This document shows positions 51,075 through 60,364 of a stretch of DNA of 64,000 nucleotides, one piece after another. The DNA lies in contig JBGRQE010000008.1 of assembly GCA_041725955.1 (NCBI GenBank), positions 6,627 through 70,626 on the forward strand, given 5' to 3'. How positions within the stretch are numbered: the first letter of the stretch is position 1; the number at the start of each line of letters is the position of its first letter. The position numbers and the translations under genes were made by a program. The DNA comes from Bacteroidales bacterium (lineage in GTDB: Bacteria > Bacteroidota > Bacteroidia > Bacteroidales > JBGRPZ01). The notes beneath the pieces are model-generated. The model saw only the letters and a program-made list of their open reading frames with translations, made no database searches and was not told the DNA's origin.

Positions 51075-52622
51075 TTAGAATGGAGGAATTCCGTGTTTCT
51101 TGAATGGAACTTCCTCTGATTTCTCTACAGAAATATCCAATGCATGAATAATCATTCGACGAGTTTCTTTTGGCTCGATAACTGCATCTACATAACCATA
51201 AGCCGCTGCCACATAAGGATTGGCAAATTTATTTTTGTACTCCTCGATTTTCTCTTGACGAATTGACTCAGGATCTTCTGCATTCATAATTTCTTTACGG
51301 AAAATGATGTTTGCAGCACCTTCAGGTCCCATTACTGCAATTTCAGCAGTTGGCCAAGCAAAAACAAAATCAGCACGTAAGTGATGTGAACACATTGCAA
51401 TGTAACCACCACCATATGCTTTACGAAGAATCAAAGTGATTTTTGGAACAGTAGCTTCACTATAAGCATACAACACTTTAGCACCATGGCGAATTACACC
51501 CGCATGCTCTTGATCTACCCCTGGAAGATATCCTGGAAGATCAACAAAAGTTACTAAAGGAATATTAAAGGCATCGCAATAGCGGATAAAACGTGCAGCT
51601 TTATTCGAACTATCAACATCCAATACTCCAGCTAGATAACGAGGTTGATTGGCTACAAATCCGACAGTATCACCATTCATTCTACCAAAACCAATAGCAA
51701 TATTGGAAGCAAATAATTCTTGTATTTCAAAGAATTCAGAGTCATCACAAACTGCACGAATAACATCACGAACGTCATAAGGCTGCGAAGGATCTGATGG
51801 TAATATACTGTCTACTTTATATTCTTTAGTTTTCGGTGTTTTCTTTGTAAATTTTTCAGCTTTATGAGTATTATTCCAAGGAATGAAACCCATAAGTTTT
51901 TTTATCTGATCAAAACACTCTTGTTCACTTTCTGCATAAAAATGAGCATTACCAGTGGTCTCTGCATGAACACGAGCACCACCTAGCTCTTCCATAGAGA
52001 TTTCTTCTCCAAGAACAGTTTTAATTACCTCTGGACCTGTAATAAACATTTTTGAAATTTTGTCTACTACAAACACAAAATCTGTCAAAGCAGGCGAATA
52101 AACTGCTCCACCAGCACAAGGCCCAAGGATAACACTAATCTGAGGGATTACTCCTGAAGCTTTAGTGTTTCTATAAAAGATCTCTCCATATCCAGCAAGA
52201 GAATTAACTCCTTCTTGAATACGAGCACCACCAGAATCATTAATTCCAATCAAAGGAACTTTAAGCTTCATGGCATGGTCCATAATTTTACAGATCTTTT
52301 TTGCATGCATCCAACCGAGACTACCACCTGCAACAGTAAAGTCTTGTGCATAAATACAAATTGGATGACCTTCGATCATACCTGTACCTGTGACAACACC
52401 ATCACCAGGGAGGTATTTTTTGTCCATATTGAAGTCTTTTGCTGCGTGCTCAACGAAAAGGTCGTACTCATGAAAGCTTTTGGGATCCAAAAGGGCAATA
52501 ATTCTCTCACGAGCGGTGAGTTTACCAATAGCCTTTTGTTTTTCAATGGCTTTCGTTCCCCCTCCGCTGAGGGCATTGCGCATTCTTTTTTTTAGGTCGG
52601 ATGTTTTTTGCTTAATACCCAT
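51075..52622 (-). CDS. Acyl-CoA carboxylase beta subunit (carboxyltransferase; PccB/MmdA family)
   Basis: GKLTARERI, DFTVAGGSLG, DSGGARIQEG, GPCAGGAVYSPA, DLPGYLPG, RKAYGG, KKHGIPPF; TAATTTTG element at 52735-52728. Confidence 0.95.
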   Translation of the reverse strand: MGIKQKTSDLKKRMRNALSGGGTKAIEKQKAIGKLTARERIIALLDPKSFHEYDLFVEHAAKDFNMDKKYLPGDGVVTGTGMIEGHPICIYAQDFTVAGGSLGWMHAKKICKIMDHAMKLKVPLIGINDSGGARIQEGVNSLAGYGEIFYRNTKASGVIPQISVILGPCAGGAVYSPALTDFVFVVDKISKMFITGPEVIKTVLGEEISMEELGGARVHAETTGNAHFYAESEQECFDQIKKLMGFIPWNNTHKAEKFTKKTPKTKEYKVDSILPSDPSQPYDVRDVIRAVCDDSEFFEIQELFASNIAIGFGRMNGDTVGFVANQPRYLAGVLDVDSSNKAARFIRYCDAFNIPLVTFVDLPGYLPGVDQEHAGVIRHGAKVLYAYSEATVPKITLILRKAYGGGYIAMCSHHLRADFVFAWPTAEIAVMGPEGAANIIFRKEIMNAEDPESIRQEKIEEYKNKFANPYVAAAYGYVDAVIEPKETRRMIIHALDISVEKSEEVPFKKHGIPPF

Positions 52623-52982
52623 ATTAACACAATTTTTGTTTTACCTTAAGATTTTGATATGGCTATAACTTAGTTAAAATTCTGTGAACCTTATTATTAG
52701 TTACAGCCAAAACTAATCTCAAGCTTGCAAAATTAGTTCTTTTTTGCAAATCTGCAAGAAATGAACATACTGTAAGAGGGAAGTAGGTTTTATTTAGAAA
52801 GACTGTTAAAATTTTTTACTTAAATTGATAACGTGTTAAACTGAATATATTTTTCATGCCAACATAAAAAAAAGCGGTCGTTAATAACTGAAAAACAGAA
52901 AACAACCGCTAGGATAAGAAAATAAAAATGGCAAAATGAGTCACGAAAAGAAATCTTTTTTCGTTTAAAAAATCCACCTAAG

Positions 52983-53411
52983 TCATGCTATTTGCATATT
53001 TTTTAATACATTTTTTATTGCATGTTTGGACTTAAAACCAATTAATTTTTGAACAACCTCCCCGTTTTGGAAAATCAAAATTGAAGGAATATTATCGATA
53101 TCATATTGATGGAGTAAATTCTTACTTTTATCAACATCAAACTTACAAACTTTAATTCTATCCTTCTCTTTTTCTGCTATTTCATTAAGAATTACACCTT
53201 GAAATTTACAAGGCTTACACCATTTTGCCCAAAATTCTACCAAAACAGTTCCACTACTCGTTTCTTCAGAGAAATTACTATCATCCAAAATGGTAATATT
53301 TGGATTCGTTTCAACATCATACTTTTTAAATGTTTGTGCTCTTTTGGCAAGGTAAATAATGACCAAAATAAAAAGGACAACTATTACATAGGTTATTATT
53401 GTACCAATCAT
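52983..53411 (-). CDS. Thioredoxin-family protein with an N-terminal membrane anchor
   Basis: FWAKWCKPCK active site, cis-Pro NIPS; TM segment IITYVIVVLFILVIIYLA. Start moved to ATG 53411. Confidence 0.88.
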   Translation of the reverse strand: MIGTIITYVIVVLFILVIIYLAKRAQTFKKYDVETNPNITILDDSNFSEETSSGTVLVEFWAKWCKPCKFQGVILNEIAEKEKDRIKVCKFDVDKSKNLLHQYDIDNIPSILIFQNGEVVQKLIGFKSKHAIKNVLKNMQIA

Positions 53412-53828
53412 AATACTTAGTTTAGGGTTTATTGTTATGATTAATATCAAGCCACAACAGATCTTTGCGTAGAAAAGATAATTTAGATAATACTTTAGTT
53501 TATTGTGGTAAATTGAGTTGGCTCAATACACTAAAGATAAAAAAAAAATCAAAACAAACAAAATTTCAAATCCAACCTAAAGCTAGTAACATATTTATAC
53601 TTTAACTAAAAGTAATCAAAAGATTATAACAAAGAATACATTTTTGAACAAAATAATGCATTAACAATAACAGTTTGTATTACTCTAACATTATTTTTTC
53701 CCTAAGAATACAAAACTCCTTTTATAGTGCCTTATAGGTAATAAAAGATCACACCAGAAAAATTCTGATTTATTAAAAAAAAGAATTTTATTTCTTAGAC
53801 GAGAAAACTAAAATCTAAACTAAACATT

Positions 53829-54026
53829 ATGAAAAGTAAGAATTTAACAGAAAAACTATCTTTAAAAAAAGAAAATGTATCTTCATTAGGCAAACATACG
53901 CAAGGTAAAGGTACAGGTACTGAATGCTGGACAGCTGCAAGTATTGGGGGACTTGGCGTAACATGTTTATTCACAATGATCCACACATGTACATGTGGAG
54001 CTTCTGGCTACAGTATGTGTTGCTAA
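53829..54026 (+). CDS. Putative class I lanthipeptide precursor (LanA-like), copy 1
   Basis: 65 aa; leader LSLKKENVSSL matches LxLxKx5L; predicted core after QGKG has 6 Cys and 10 Ser/Thr; paralogue at 56653; own terminator. Confidence 0.8.
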   Translation: MKSKNLTEKLSLKKENVSSLGKHTQGKGTGTECWTAASIGGLGVTCLFTMIHTCTCGASGYSMCC

Positions 54027-54040
54027 GAAATACGAATAAG

Positions 54041-54076
54041 ATAAAAAAGCGAGCTTATGCAAGCTCGCTTTTTTAT
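54041..54076. terminator. Bidirectional intrinsic terminator
   Basis: ATAAAAAAGCGAGCTT-ATGC-AAGCTCGCTTTTTTAT. Confidence 0.88.
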
Positions 54077-54095
54077 TTTCTATATATTCTATTCT

Positions 54096-55394
54096 TTATC
54101 TCAAGAAAAATTTAAGAATAAATAAAATTGCAATAAAATACATAATAGGAGATAGCTGCTTTGACTTTCCTGTCAAAATCTTTAAGAAGACATAAGACAA
54201 CATTCCAAATACAATACCATTAGCAATGCTATAAGTTAATGGCATCAATATAATTGTAAAAAACGCTGGAATAGCTTCTGTGAAATCCTTAAAATCGACC
54301 TTGGTAATTGGTGTCATCATAAACAAACCAACCATAATCAATGCAGATGCTGTAGCAGCACTAGGAATCATAACAAAAACAGGAGCAAAGAATAAAGCAA
54401 TAAAAAACATGCCTGCAGCAGAAAGAGCTGTCATTCCAGTTCTTCCTCCTTCGGCAACTCCTGAAGCAGATTCAACATAGGTGGTAACTGTACTTGTTCC
54501 CATTATGGCACCAAAGGTAGTTCCAATTGCATCTGCAAACAGAGCATGTTTTACCCTTGGAATTTTCCCATCCTTATCTAATAAATTAGCCTTTGAAGAA
54601 ACTCCAACTAAAGTACCTACTGTATCAAACATATCTACAAATAGAAAAGTAAAAAGTACAATAAGCATTTTAAAACTGAAGATTTCAGACCATTCAAATT
54701 GAAAGAAGATAGGTTTAAGAGATGGAGGAGCGCTGATAAGACTACCATCTGCAGGGAGATGTGTAACATTTAAAGGGATCCCAACAATGGTTGCTGTAAT
54801 AATACCGATAAGTAATGCTCCCTTTACATTTAATGCCAATAATACTCCTGTAAGAATCAATCCGATTAATGCAACGATTGCTGCTGGTTGAGTAACATCA
54901 CCCAGCGACACTAAGGTAGCTGGATTATCAACAACAATTCCTGCCTTGGAAAATCCAATAAAAGCAATAAACAAACCAATCCCAACCGAAACAGCATGTT
55001 TAATATTTGTTGGAATACAGTTTACAATTAACTCTCGAATATTAAACGCCGTTAACACTATAAAGATTAATCCTTCAAGAAAAACAGCAGTAAGTGCAAA
55101 TTGCCAACTATGTCCTAATCCAAGAACTACAGTATAGGCAAAGAAAGCATTTAGCCCCATGCCAGGTGCAAGTGCAAATGGTAACTTAGCCACAAATGCC
55201 ATTACTAAAGTTCCAACGATGGCCGACAATACAGTAGCGGTAAATACAGCTCCAGCATCCATTCCTGTTTTACTAAGAATATCAGGGTTGACAGCCAAAA
55301 TATAGGCCATTGTCATAAAGGTGGTTATCCCTGCTATAATCTCTGTCTTAACAGTTGTTTTATGCTTACTTAAGCCGAAGAATTTATTTAGCAT
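54096..55394 (-). CDS. NCS2/AzgA-family purine permease
   Basis: TEIIAGITTFMTMAYILAVNP, ALAPGMGLNAFF, DMFDTVGTL, TTYVESASGVAEGGRTG, MPLTYSIANG. Confidence 0.95.
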   Translation of the reverse strand: MLNKFFGLSKHKTTVKTEIIAGITTFMTMAYILAVNPDILSKTGMDAGAVFTATVLSAIVGTLVMAFVAKLPFALAPGMGLNAFFAYTVVLGLGHSWQFALTAVFLEGLIFIVLTAFNIRELIVNCIPTNIKHAVSVGIGLFIAFIGFSKAGIVVDNPATLVSLGDVTQPAAIVALIGLILTGVLLALNVKGALLIGIITATIVGIPLNVTHLPADGSLISAPPSLKPIFFQFEWSEIFSFKMLIVLFTFLFVDMFDTVGTLVGVSSKANLLDKDGKIPRVKHALFADAIGTTFGAIMGTSTVTTYVESASGVAEGGRTGMTALSAAGMFFIALFFAPVFVMIPSAATASALIMVGLFMMTPITKVDFKDFTEAIPAFFTIILMPLTYSIANGIVFGMLSYVFLKILTGKSKQLSPIMYFIAILFILKFFLR

Positions 55395-55412
55395 GATTCT
55401 TTGGGTTTATAA

Positions 55413-56126
55413 TTATAAATTCCACTTAAAAGCTACTGTTGGCATGGCCTTAAACTGATCGTCGAAAATAAAGAAATTGCGACTTATTTCAACCTCTCCT
55501 CCAATTGCCAATGATTTATTTAAATTAAACCACAATTGTGGTTCTGTAAGAAACGTAAATTGTTTTCCATCATGTTTAGCCTCTTGAGAAAATAACACCT
55601 TATCCTGAGTCCAGATATCTAAGAATCCAGAAAAGGTTATTATTCCATGATAGAAAGTCTTTGACCAAGATGTGGTAAACTGAAAGTCAGCCCCCTCAAC
55701 AGCATCTTGTTGCTTACGATAACTAATAGATATTGGTAGAACGAAATTTCCTATTCGAACAGGATACGTGAAACCAAATAAATATGTATTTGATATCTCA
55801 ATAATATTATTCCTTTTCACCATTATTCCCCCATTATACTCTGTATGGAGTTGTAATTTTTTAACAAAAGGAATATTCCAATTTCTACTTATTTCTGTAT
55901 ATGCAGTTCCTATATTTCCATTTGATCTACTAAAATCTAAATCTACAAATAGAAATGTATTTCCTAACTTATCAACCTTAAAAGTTTCAAACGTTGTAGT
56001 AAAATAATTCCGATCAACAGTTCGATCTCCATCTTTGGCTTTACCAAAATCATAATGCAATTGCAAATTCTGCGAAAATGCATTAAGACCTATGAACAAA
56101 AATAAAAGAGTAAAAAATTGTTTCAT
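55413..56126 (-). CDS. DUF5020-like outer-membrane protein (Tsx-like nucleoside channel candidate)
   Basis: Signal peptide then QNLQLHYDFG, TTTFETFKVDKLGNTFLFVD, EYNGG, SGFLDIW, TEPQLWFN, GGEVEIS, PTVAFKW; co-oriented with the NCS2 permease. Confidence 0.75.
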   Translation of the reverse strand: MKQFFTLLFLFIGLNAFSQNLQLHYDFGKAKDGDRTVDRNYFTTTFETFKVDKLGNTFLFVDLDFSRSNGNIGTAYTEISRNWNIPFVKKLQLHTEYNGGIMVKRNNIIEISNTYLFGFTYPVRIGNFVLPISISYRKQQDAVEGADFQFTTSWSKTFYHGIITFSGFLDIWTQDKVLFSQEAKHDGKQFTFLTEPQLWFNLNKSLAIGGEVEISRNFFIFDDQFKAMPTVAFKWNL

Positions 56127-56602
56127 GGCTTATTAATCAAATAACTGATTTTGTTTTGCTTATAAAAATTGTTGTTGTTTGTGGCTGCAAAACAAAATCA
56201 AAAGAAGGAGAATTACAAATTCTATAAACAAACTCTCTTTTTATAAAATGTTATTATTAACATTACTTTATATTGATTAACATATCTTTAATTGATACTA
56301 AAGAAAGTTATTAACACTAAAAAAAAATATTTTTTTGTTTTTCATACCTAAAAAGGTGATATTCTAGCTGCTAGAAAAAAATTATAAGCAACCAAAGTAA
56401 GTAAAGACAAATTTATTCTATAAAGAAGTCAATATAAAAATAGACGCTTTCTATAGCAACGTATTTCACTATAATAATAACCGAAACAAAAGACAAAATA
56501 ATATCTTCGTTTTAACAGTTTGATATACAGCTGACAAAATAAATCATTTTATTTTTTTAACTGCCTACTGCACTCTATGACGTTTGTGTGTATTAGGCAA
56601 AG

Positions 56603-56610
56603 TATTTTTG
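56603..56610 (+). promoter_or_regulatory. Candidate -7 element for peptide copy 2
   Basis: TATTTTTG about 43 bp upstream of ATG 56653; TTTG at 56583-56586 (spacing shorter than canonical). Confidence 0.4.
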
Positions 56611-56652
56611 TTGAGTTCAAACTCAACAAAATTAACCCTAAAACTAAAAACT

Positions 56653-56850
56653 ATGAAAACTAAGGAAATAAACGGAAAGCTAAACTTAAAAAAAGAAAAC
56701 GTTTCTACATTAGGTAATAAAGTTCAAGGTAAAGGTACGGGAAGCAATTGCTGGACTGCAGCAAGTATAGGAGGACTTGGCGTGACATGCCTATTTACAC
56801 TTATTAAAACTTGTACTTGCGATACCTCAAGTTATAATTACTGCGATTAA
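56653..56850 (+). CDS. Putative class I lanthipeptide precursor (LanA-like), copy 2
   Basis: Start moved to ATG 56653, giving 65 aa collinear with copy 1; leader LNLKKENVSTL (LxLxKx5L); predicted core has 5 Cys and 11 Ser/Thr. Confidence 0.8.
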   Translation: MKTKEINGKLNLKKENVSTLGNKVQGKGTGSNCWTAASIGGLGVTCLFTLIKTCTCDTSSYNYCD

Positions 56851-56860
56851 AAAATATAAA

Positions 56861-56906
56861 TTAACAAAAAAAGCTACTTCAGATTTGAAGTAGCTTTTTT
56901 TGTTAA
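56861..56906 (+). terminator. Intrinsic terminator after peptide copy 2
   Basis: TTAACAAAAAAAGCTACTTCA-GATT-TGAAGTAGCTTTTTTTGTTAA. Confidence 0.88.
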
Positions 56907-56953
56907 CATCTTAAAAAAAAGACCATCCAATTAAGGATAGTCTTTATATCTAG

Positions 56954-57025
<72 letters not shown>

Positions 57026-57138
57026 GTGTAATCAAATAAAGAACGATTTTCTCCGTTCTGAATTGCGAGTGCAAAGATATATTTTGTTTCTTTGCAATCC
57101 AAGATTTTTTAACTTTTTTTTACAACCTTTTGGAAATT

Positions 57139-58017
57139 ATGAGTCATAAAGCTGGTTTTGTGAATATTATAGGTAAGCCTAATGTAGGCAAATCAACCCT
57201 AATGAATGCTTTGGTAGGCGAAAGACTATCAATTATCACTTCTAAAGCCCAAACTACGCGTCATCGTATAATGGGAATCGTGAATAGTGAAGACTTTCAG
57301 ATTGTATACTCTGACACCCCTGGTATTGTTAAGCCAAGCTACAAGCTTCATAATTCAATGATGCAATTTGTAAAAACCGCTTTATTAGATGCTGATATAA
57401 TTCTACTAATTATCGATATCAAGGATAAGGATACTGATTTTAATTACCTTGAAAAAGTAAAAAAATCAAAATTACCAGTCATTATTGTTATAAATAAAAT
57501 TGACTTATCGAGCCAAGAAGAAGTAAAAGAGTGCATTGAGGTTTGGAAAGAACAAATTCCTGAAGCAAGCATTATCCCAGCATCTGCACTTGAGAAATTC
57601 AACTTAGATTCTTTATTTGATAAATTGGTAGAATTACTCCCTGAAAACCCACCTTATTTTCCTAAAGAAGAAATGACCGATAAACCAATGAGATTTTTTG
57701 TATCTGAGATTATCAGAGAAAAAATCTTATTGAATTACAAAAAAGAAATTCCATATTCTGTAGAGATAGAAGTAGAGTCATATAAAGAAACCGCTGATAT
57801 TATTCATATCTCAGTAATTATATATGTTGCACGTGATTCACAAAAAGGAATTATTATTGGACACCAAGGAAAAGCGATTAAAAAGATAGGAATAGAGTCA
57901 AGAAAAGATATCGAAGAATTTGTTGGTAAAAAAGTTTTCCTAGAAACTCGCGTTAAAGTATTGAAAGATTGGAGAGATAACGACAACCAACTAAAAAGAT
58001 TTGGATATCAATTTTAA
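57139..58017 (+). CDS. era: GTPase Era
   Basis: HKAGFVNIIGKPNVGKSTL, KAQTTRHRI, DTPG, NKID, EIIREK, KH domain SQKGIIIGHQG. Confidence 0.97.
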   Translation: MSHKAGFVNIIGKPNVGKSTLMNALVGERLSIITSKAQTTRHRIMGIVNSEDFQIVYSDTPGIVKPSYKLHNSMMQFVKTALLDADIILLIIDIKDKDTDFNYLEKVKKSKLPVIIVINKIDLSSQEEVKECIEVWKEQIPEASIIPASALEKFNLDSLFDKLVELLPENPPYFPKEEMTDKPMRFFVSEIIREKILLNYKKEIPYSVEIEVESYKETADIIHISVIIYVARDSQKGIIIGHQGKAIKKIGIESRKDIEEFVGKKVFLETRVKVLKDWRDNDNQLKRFGYQF

Positions 58018-58075
58018 TCGACTAACTTTTGTCGGAGATTAAAAGATACGGAAAAAAGAAGAAATAAAATATATA

Positions 58076-59383
58076 ATGGGAAATATTGTAGCAATAGTAG
58101 GTCGTCCAAATGTTGGAAAATCTACTTTTTTTAATCGTCTTACTCAATCTAGAGATGCCATTGTTGAAGAAACTAGTGGAGTAACTCGCGATCGTCATTA
58201 TGGAAATACCGAATGGAATGGTATTTATTTTTCAGTAATCGATACTGGAGGATATGTACTTGACTCTGAGGATGTTTTTGAAGAAGAAATTTGTCGCCAG
58301 GTAGAACTTGCTATCGAAGAAGCAGATAAAATAATTTTCCTTGTTGATGCTATGGAAGGCTTAACAGATATGGACAAAGATGTTGCTGCTCTTCTTCGTA
58401 AGTGCAAAAAAACTGTTTTCCTTGTTGCCAACAAAATTGACACTCCTATAAAAATAGCTGAAGCAGCAGAGTTTTACTCTTTAGGTCTAGGAAATGTACA
58501 TGCTATTTCTGCCGTAAATGGCAGTGGAACTGGCGAACTTCTTGATGAATTGGTTGATGATATGGAAAATGAACCAGAAGAAGAAGAACACGACATTCCT
58601 AGAATCGCATTTGTTGGACGTCCAAATGTAGGAAAATCATCCTTAATTAATGCATTACTCGGAAAAGAGAGAAACATCGTTACTGATGTTGCTGGAACAA
58701 CAAGAGACACTATATACACTCGATTCAATGCATTTAACTTCGATCTTGAACTTGTAGATACTGCAGGTCTTCGAAAAAAGGGAAAAGTTTACGAGAACAT
58801 TGAGTTCTATTCTACACTACGGTCTGTAAGAGCTATTGAAAAAGCAGATGTTTGTATTCTAATGATTGACGCTGATCATGGGATTGAATCTCAGGATCTA
58901 AACATCATACATTTGATTCAAAAACATAATAAAGGTCTTGTAATTGCTTGCAACAAATGGGATCTTGTTGAAAAAGAAACCAATACTCACTTAAAATTTG
59001 AAGAACAAATAAGAAAGAGAATTGCTCCTTTCCACGATGTTCCAATAATTTTTACAAGTGTATTGAATAAGCAAAGAATTCATAAAACACTAGAAAAAGC
59101 TGTAGAGGTATATAATAACAGGACAAGAAAAATTTCCACATCTCAACTTAATGAGCATCTTTTGGAAATTATTCAACAAACACCTCCTCCAACAGCAACA
59201 AGAGGTCGCTTTATTAAAATCAAGTACATTACACAGTTAAAAACATATTACCCTTCATTCGTTTTTTTCTGCAACAGACCTCAAGATTTAAAAGATTCGT
59301 ACAAACGATTCCTTGAAAAACATATCCGTAATTTATGGAATTTTGAAGGTATTCCAATTACTATGTATTTTAGAGAAAAATAA
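58076..59383 (+). CDS. der: Ribosome biogenesis GTPase Der (EngA)
   Basis: Two tandem G domains GRPNVGKS / GVTRD / DTGG and GRPNVGKS / GTTRD / DTAG / NKWD. Confidence 0.98.
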   Translation: MGNIVAIVGRPNVGKSTFFNRLTQSRDAIVEETSGVTRDRHYGNTEWNGIYFSVIDTGGYVLDSEDVFEEEICRQVELAIEEADKIIFLVDAMEGLTDMDKDVAALLRKCKKTVFLVANKIDTPIKIAEAAEFYSLGLGNVHAISAVNGSGTGELLDELVDDMENEPEEEEHDIPRIAFVGRPNVGKSSLINALLGKERNIVTDVAGTTRDTIYTRFNAFNFDLELVDTAGLRKKGKVYENIEFYSTLRSVRAIEKADVCILMIDADHGIESQDLNIIHLIQKHNKGLVIACNKWDLVEKETNTHLKFEEQIRKRIAPFHDVPIIFTSVLNKQRIHKTLEKAVEVYNNRTRKISTSQLNEHLLEIIQQTPPPTATRGRFIKIKYITQLKTYYPSFVFFCNRPQDLKDSYKRFLEKHIRNLWNFEGIPITMYFREK

Positions 59384-59399
59384 TATTTAGATCAGATTT

Positions 59400-59438
59400 A
59401 TACCTGTCAGGTTCTCTAGAGGAGAACCTGACAGGTAT
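59400..59438. repeat. Perfect 17-bp inverted repeat whose arms each contain an internal palindrome
   Basis: ATACCTGTCAGGTTCTC-TAGAG-GAGAACCTGACAGGTAT; each arm contains ACCTG-W-CAGGT. Confidence 0.85.
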
Positions 59439-59452
59439 TATAATAAACTCGT

Positions 59453-59836
59453 ATGGAAAGTATTCGTATTGACAAATGGTTGTGGGCAGTTCGTTTATTT
59501 AAAACCAGAAGCCAAGCATCTGAAGCTTGCAAAGGAGGAAAAGTCAAAATAAACAATCAAAACACCAAACCATCAAAAGAGATTAAAGAAGGAGATGTTA
59601 TTGATGTGCAACAAGGAATTGTTCACAAAAAAGTTGAAGTTGTAAAAATCATAAAAAACCGTGTAGGTGCCCCTCTGGCAGTTGAGTGCTATAAGGATAA
59701 AACTCCTAAAAGTGAAACCGACAAACTACAGGTATTAAAACGAATGAATAGCGAATTCAGACCCAAAGGCTTTGGTCGTCCAACCAAAAAGAATCGACGA
59801 GAAATTGAACGATTAAAAAACGTTGAAGATGATTAA
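59453..59836 (+). CDS. hslR: S4-domain RNA-binding protein, Hsp15
   Basis: RIDKWLWAVRLFKTRSQASEAC..GKV, GRPTKKNRR. Confidence 0.93.
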   Translation: MESIRIDKWLWAVRLFKTRSQASEACKGGKVKINNQNTKPSKEIKEGDVIDVQQGIVHKKVEVVKIIKNRVGAPLAVECYKDKTPKSETDKLQVLKRMNSEFRPKGFGRPTKKNRREIERLKNVEDD

Positions 59837-59841
59837 AAAAA

Positions 59842-59869
59842 AGAGGATTTCCTTTTGAAAATCCTCTTC
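59842..59869. terminator. Bidirectional terminator
   Basis: AGAGGATTT ... AAATCCTCT between convergent genes. Confidence 0.65.
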
Positions 59870-59896
59870 TCAATAAAATAAAAATACACTCTATAT

Positions 59897-60349
59897 CTAA
59901 TACGTTATTTCTTTCTTAAAACTTCCATCTTTATTATAAAACTTCCAAGTACCTATACGCGCATCATTTTTGTATTGACCTTGGTATAATAAAGTTCCAT
60001 CTTCATTCCAGTGAGAAGCACGGCCATTTTGGCGCCCATTTTTATATTCACCTTCTGTCCATTGAATTCCATCTTGATACCACGACTGCCATAAGCCATC
60101 ACGTAAACCATTCTTATACTTCCCCTTTAGCATTACAGCACCATTCTCGTAATAACCAATCTCTTCTTTTTCAATTTGCTTACCATCTTCGTCAGAAAAA
60201 TATTTGACTTTTTTTGGCTGTCCATTCGGATATCTTTCGATAACTTTTTCGCTAAAGCTTTTCAAAACTTTCTCGTTTTGTCCCGAATTTGTACATGCAG
60301 CAAAACCAATCAGAAAAAACAAAATGAATAAAACACTTCTCATCATCAA
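59897..60349 (-). CDS. MORN-variant/YwqK-like repeat lipoprotein
   Basis: Lipobox FAAC; YYENG, GKYKNGLRDGLWQSWYQDG and GEYKNGRQNG repeats. Confidence 0.85.
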   Translation of the reverse strand: MMMRSVLFILFFLIGFAACTNSGQNEKVLKSFSEKVIERYPNGQPKKVKYFSDEDGKQIEKEEIGYYENGAVMLKGKYKNGLRDGLWQSWYQDGIQWTEGEYKNGRQNGRASHWNEDGTLLYQGQYKNDARIGTWKFYNKDGSFKKEITY

Positions 60350-60364
60350 TGAATATTATTTTAA

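Noticed and set aside
53465-53479. Degenerate copy of the tRNA-fMet 3' end (TTGCGTAGAAAAGAT vs TTGCGGAGGCCAGAT) as an att site bounding the peptide region
   Set aside because: Only 11/15 identity, plausible by chance, and no integrase is nearby; the position is suggestive but insufficient.
53795-54115. Alternative overlapping ORFs 53795..53986 (-) and 53924..54115 (+)
   Set aside because: The synonymous substitution pattern between the paralogues supports only the 53829 frame.
56127-56580. Purine riboswitch upstream of the DUF5020/NCS2 operon
   Set aside because: Region is very AT-rich and I could not find the conserved purine aptamer core or stems by eye.
56584-56652. Longer 88-aa version of peptide copy 2 from TTG 56584
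   Set aside because: Alignment with copy 1 begins at ATG 56653, and the extension overlaps the likely promoter.
59897-60349. Toxin-antitoxin system (YwqK-like antitoxin)
   Set aside because: Generic MORN-variant repeat lipoprotein with no adjacent toxin.
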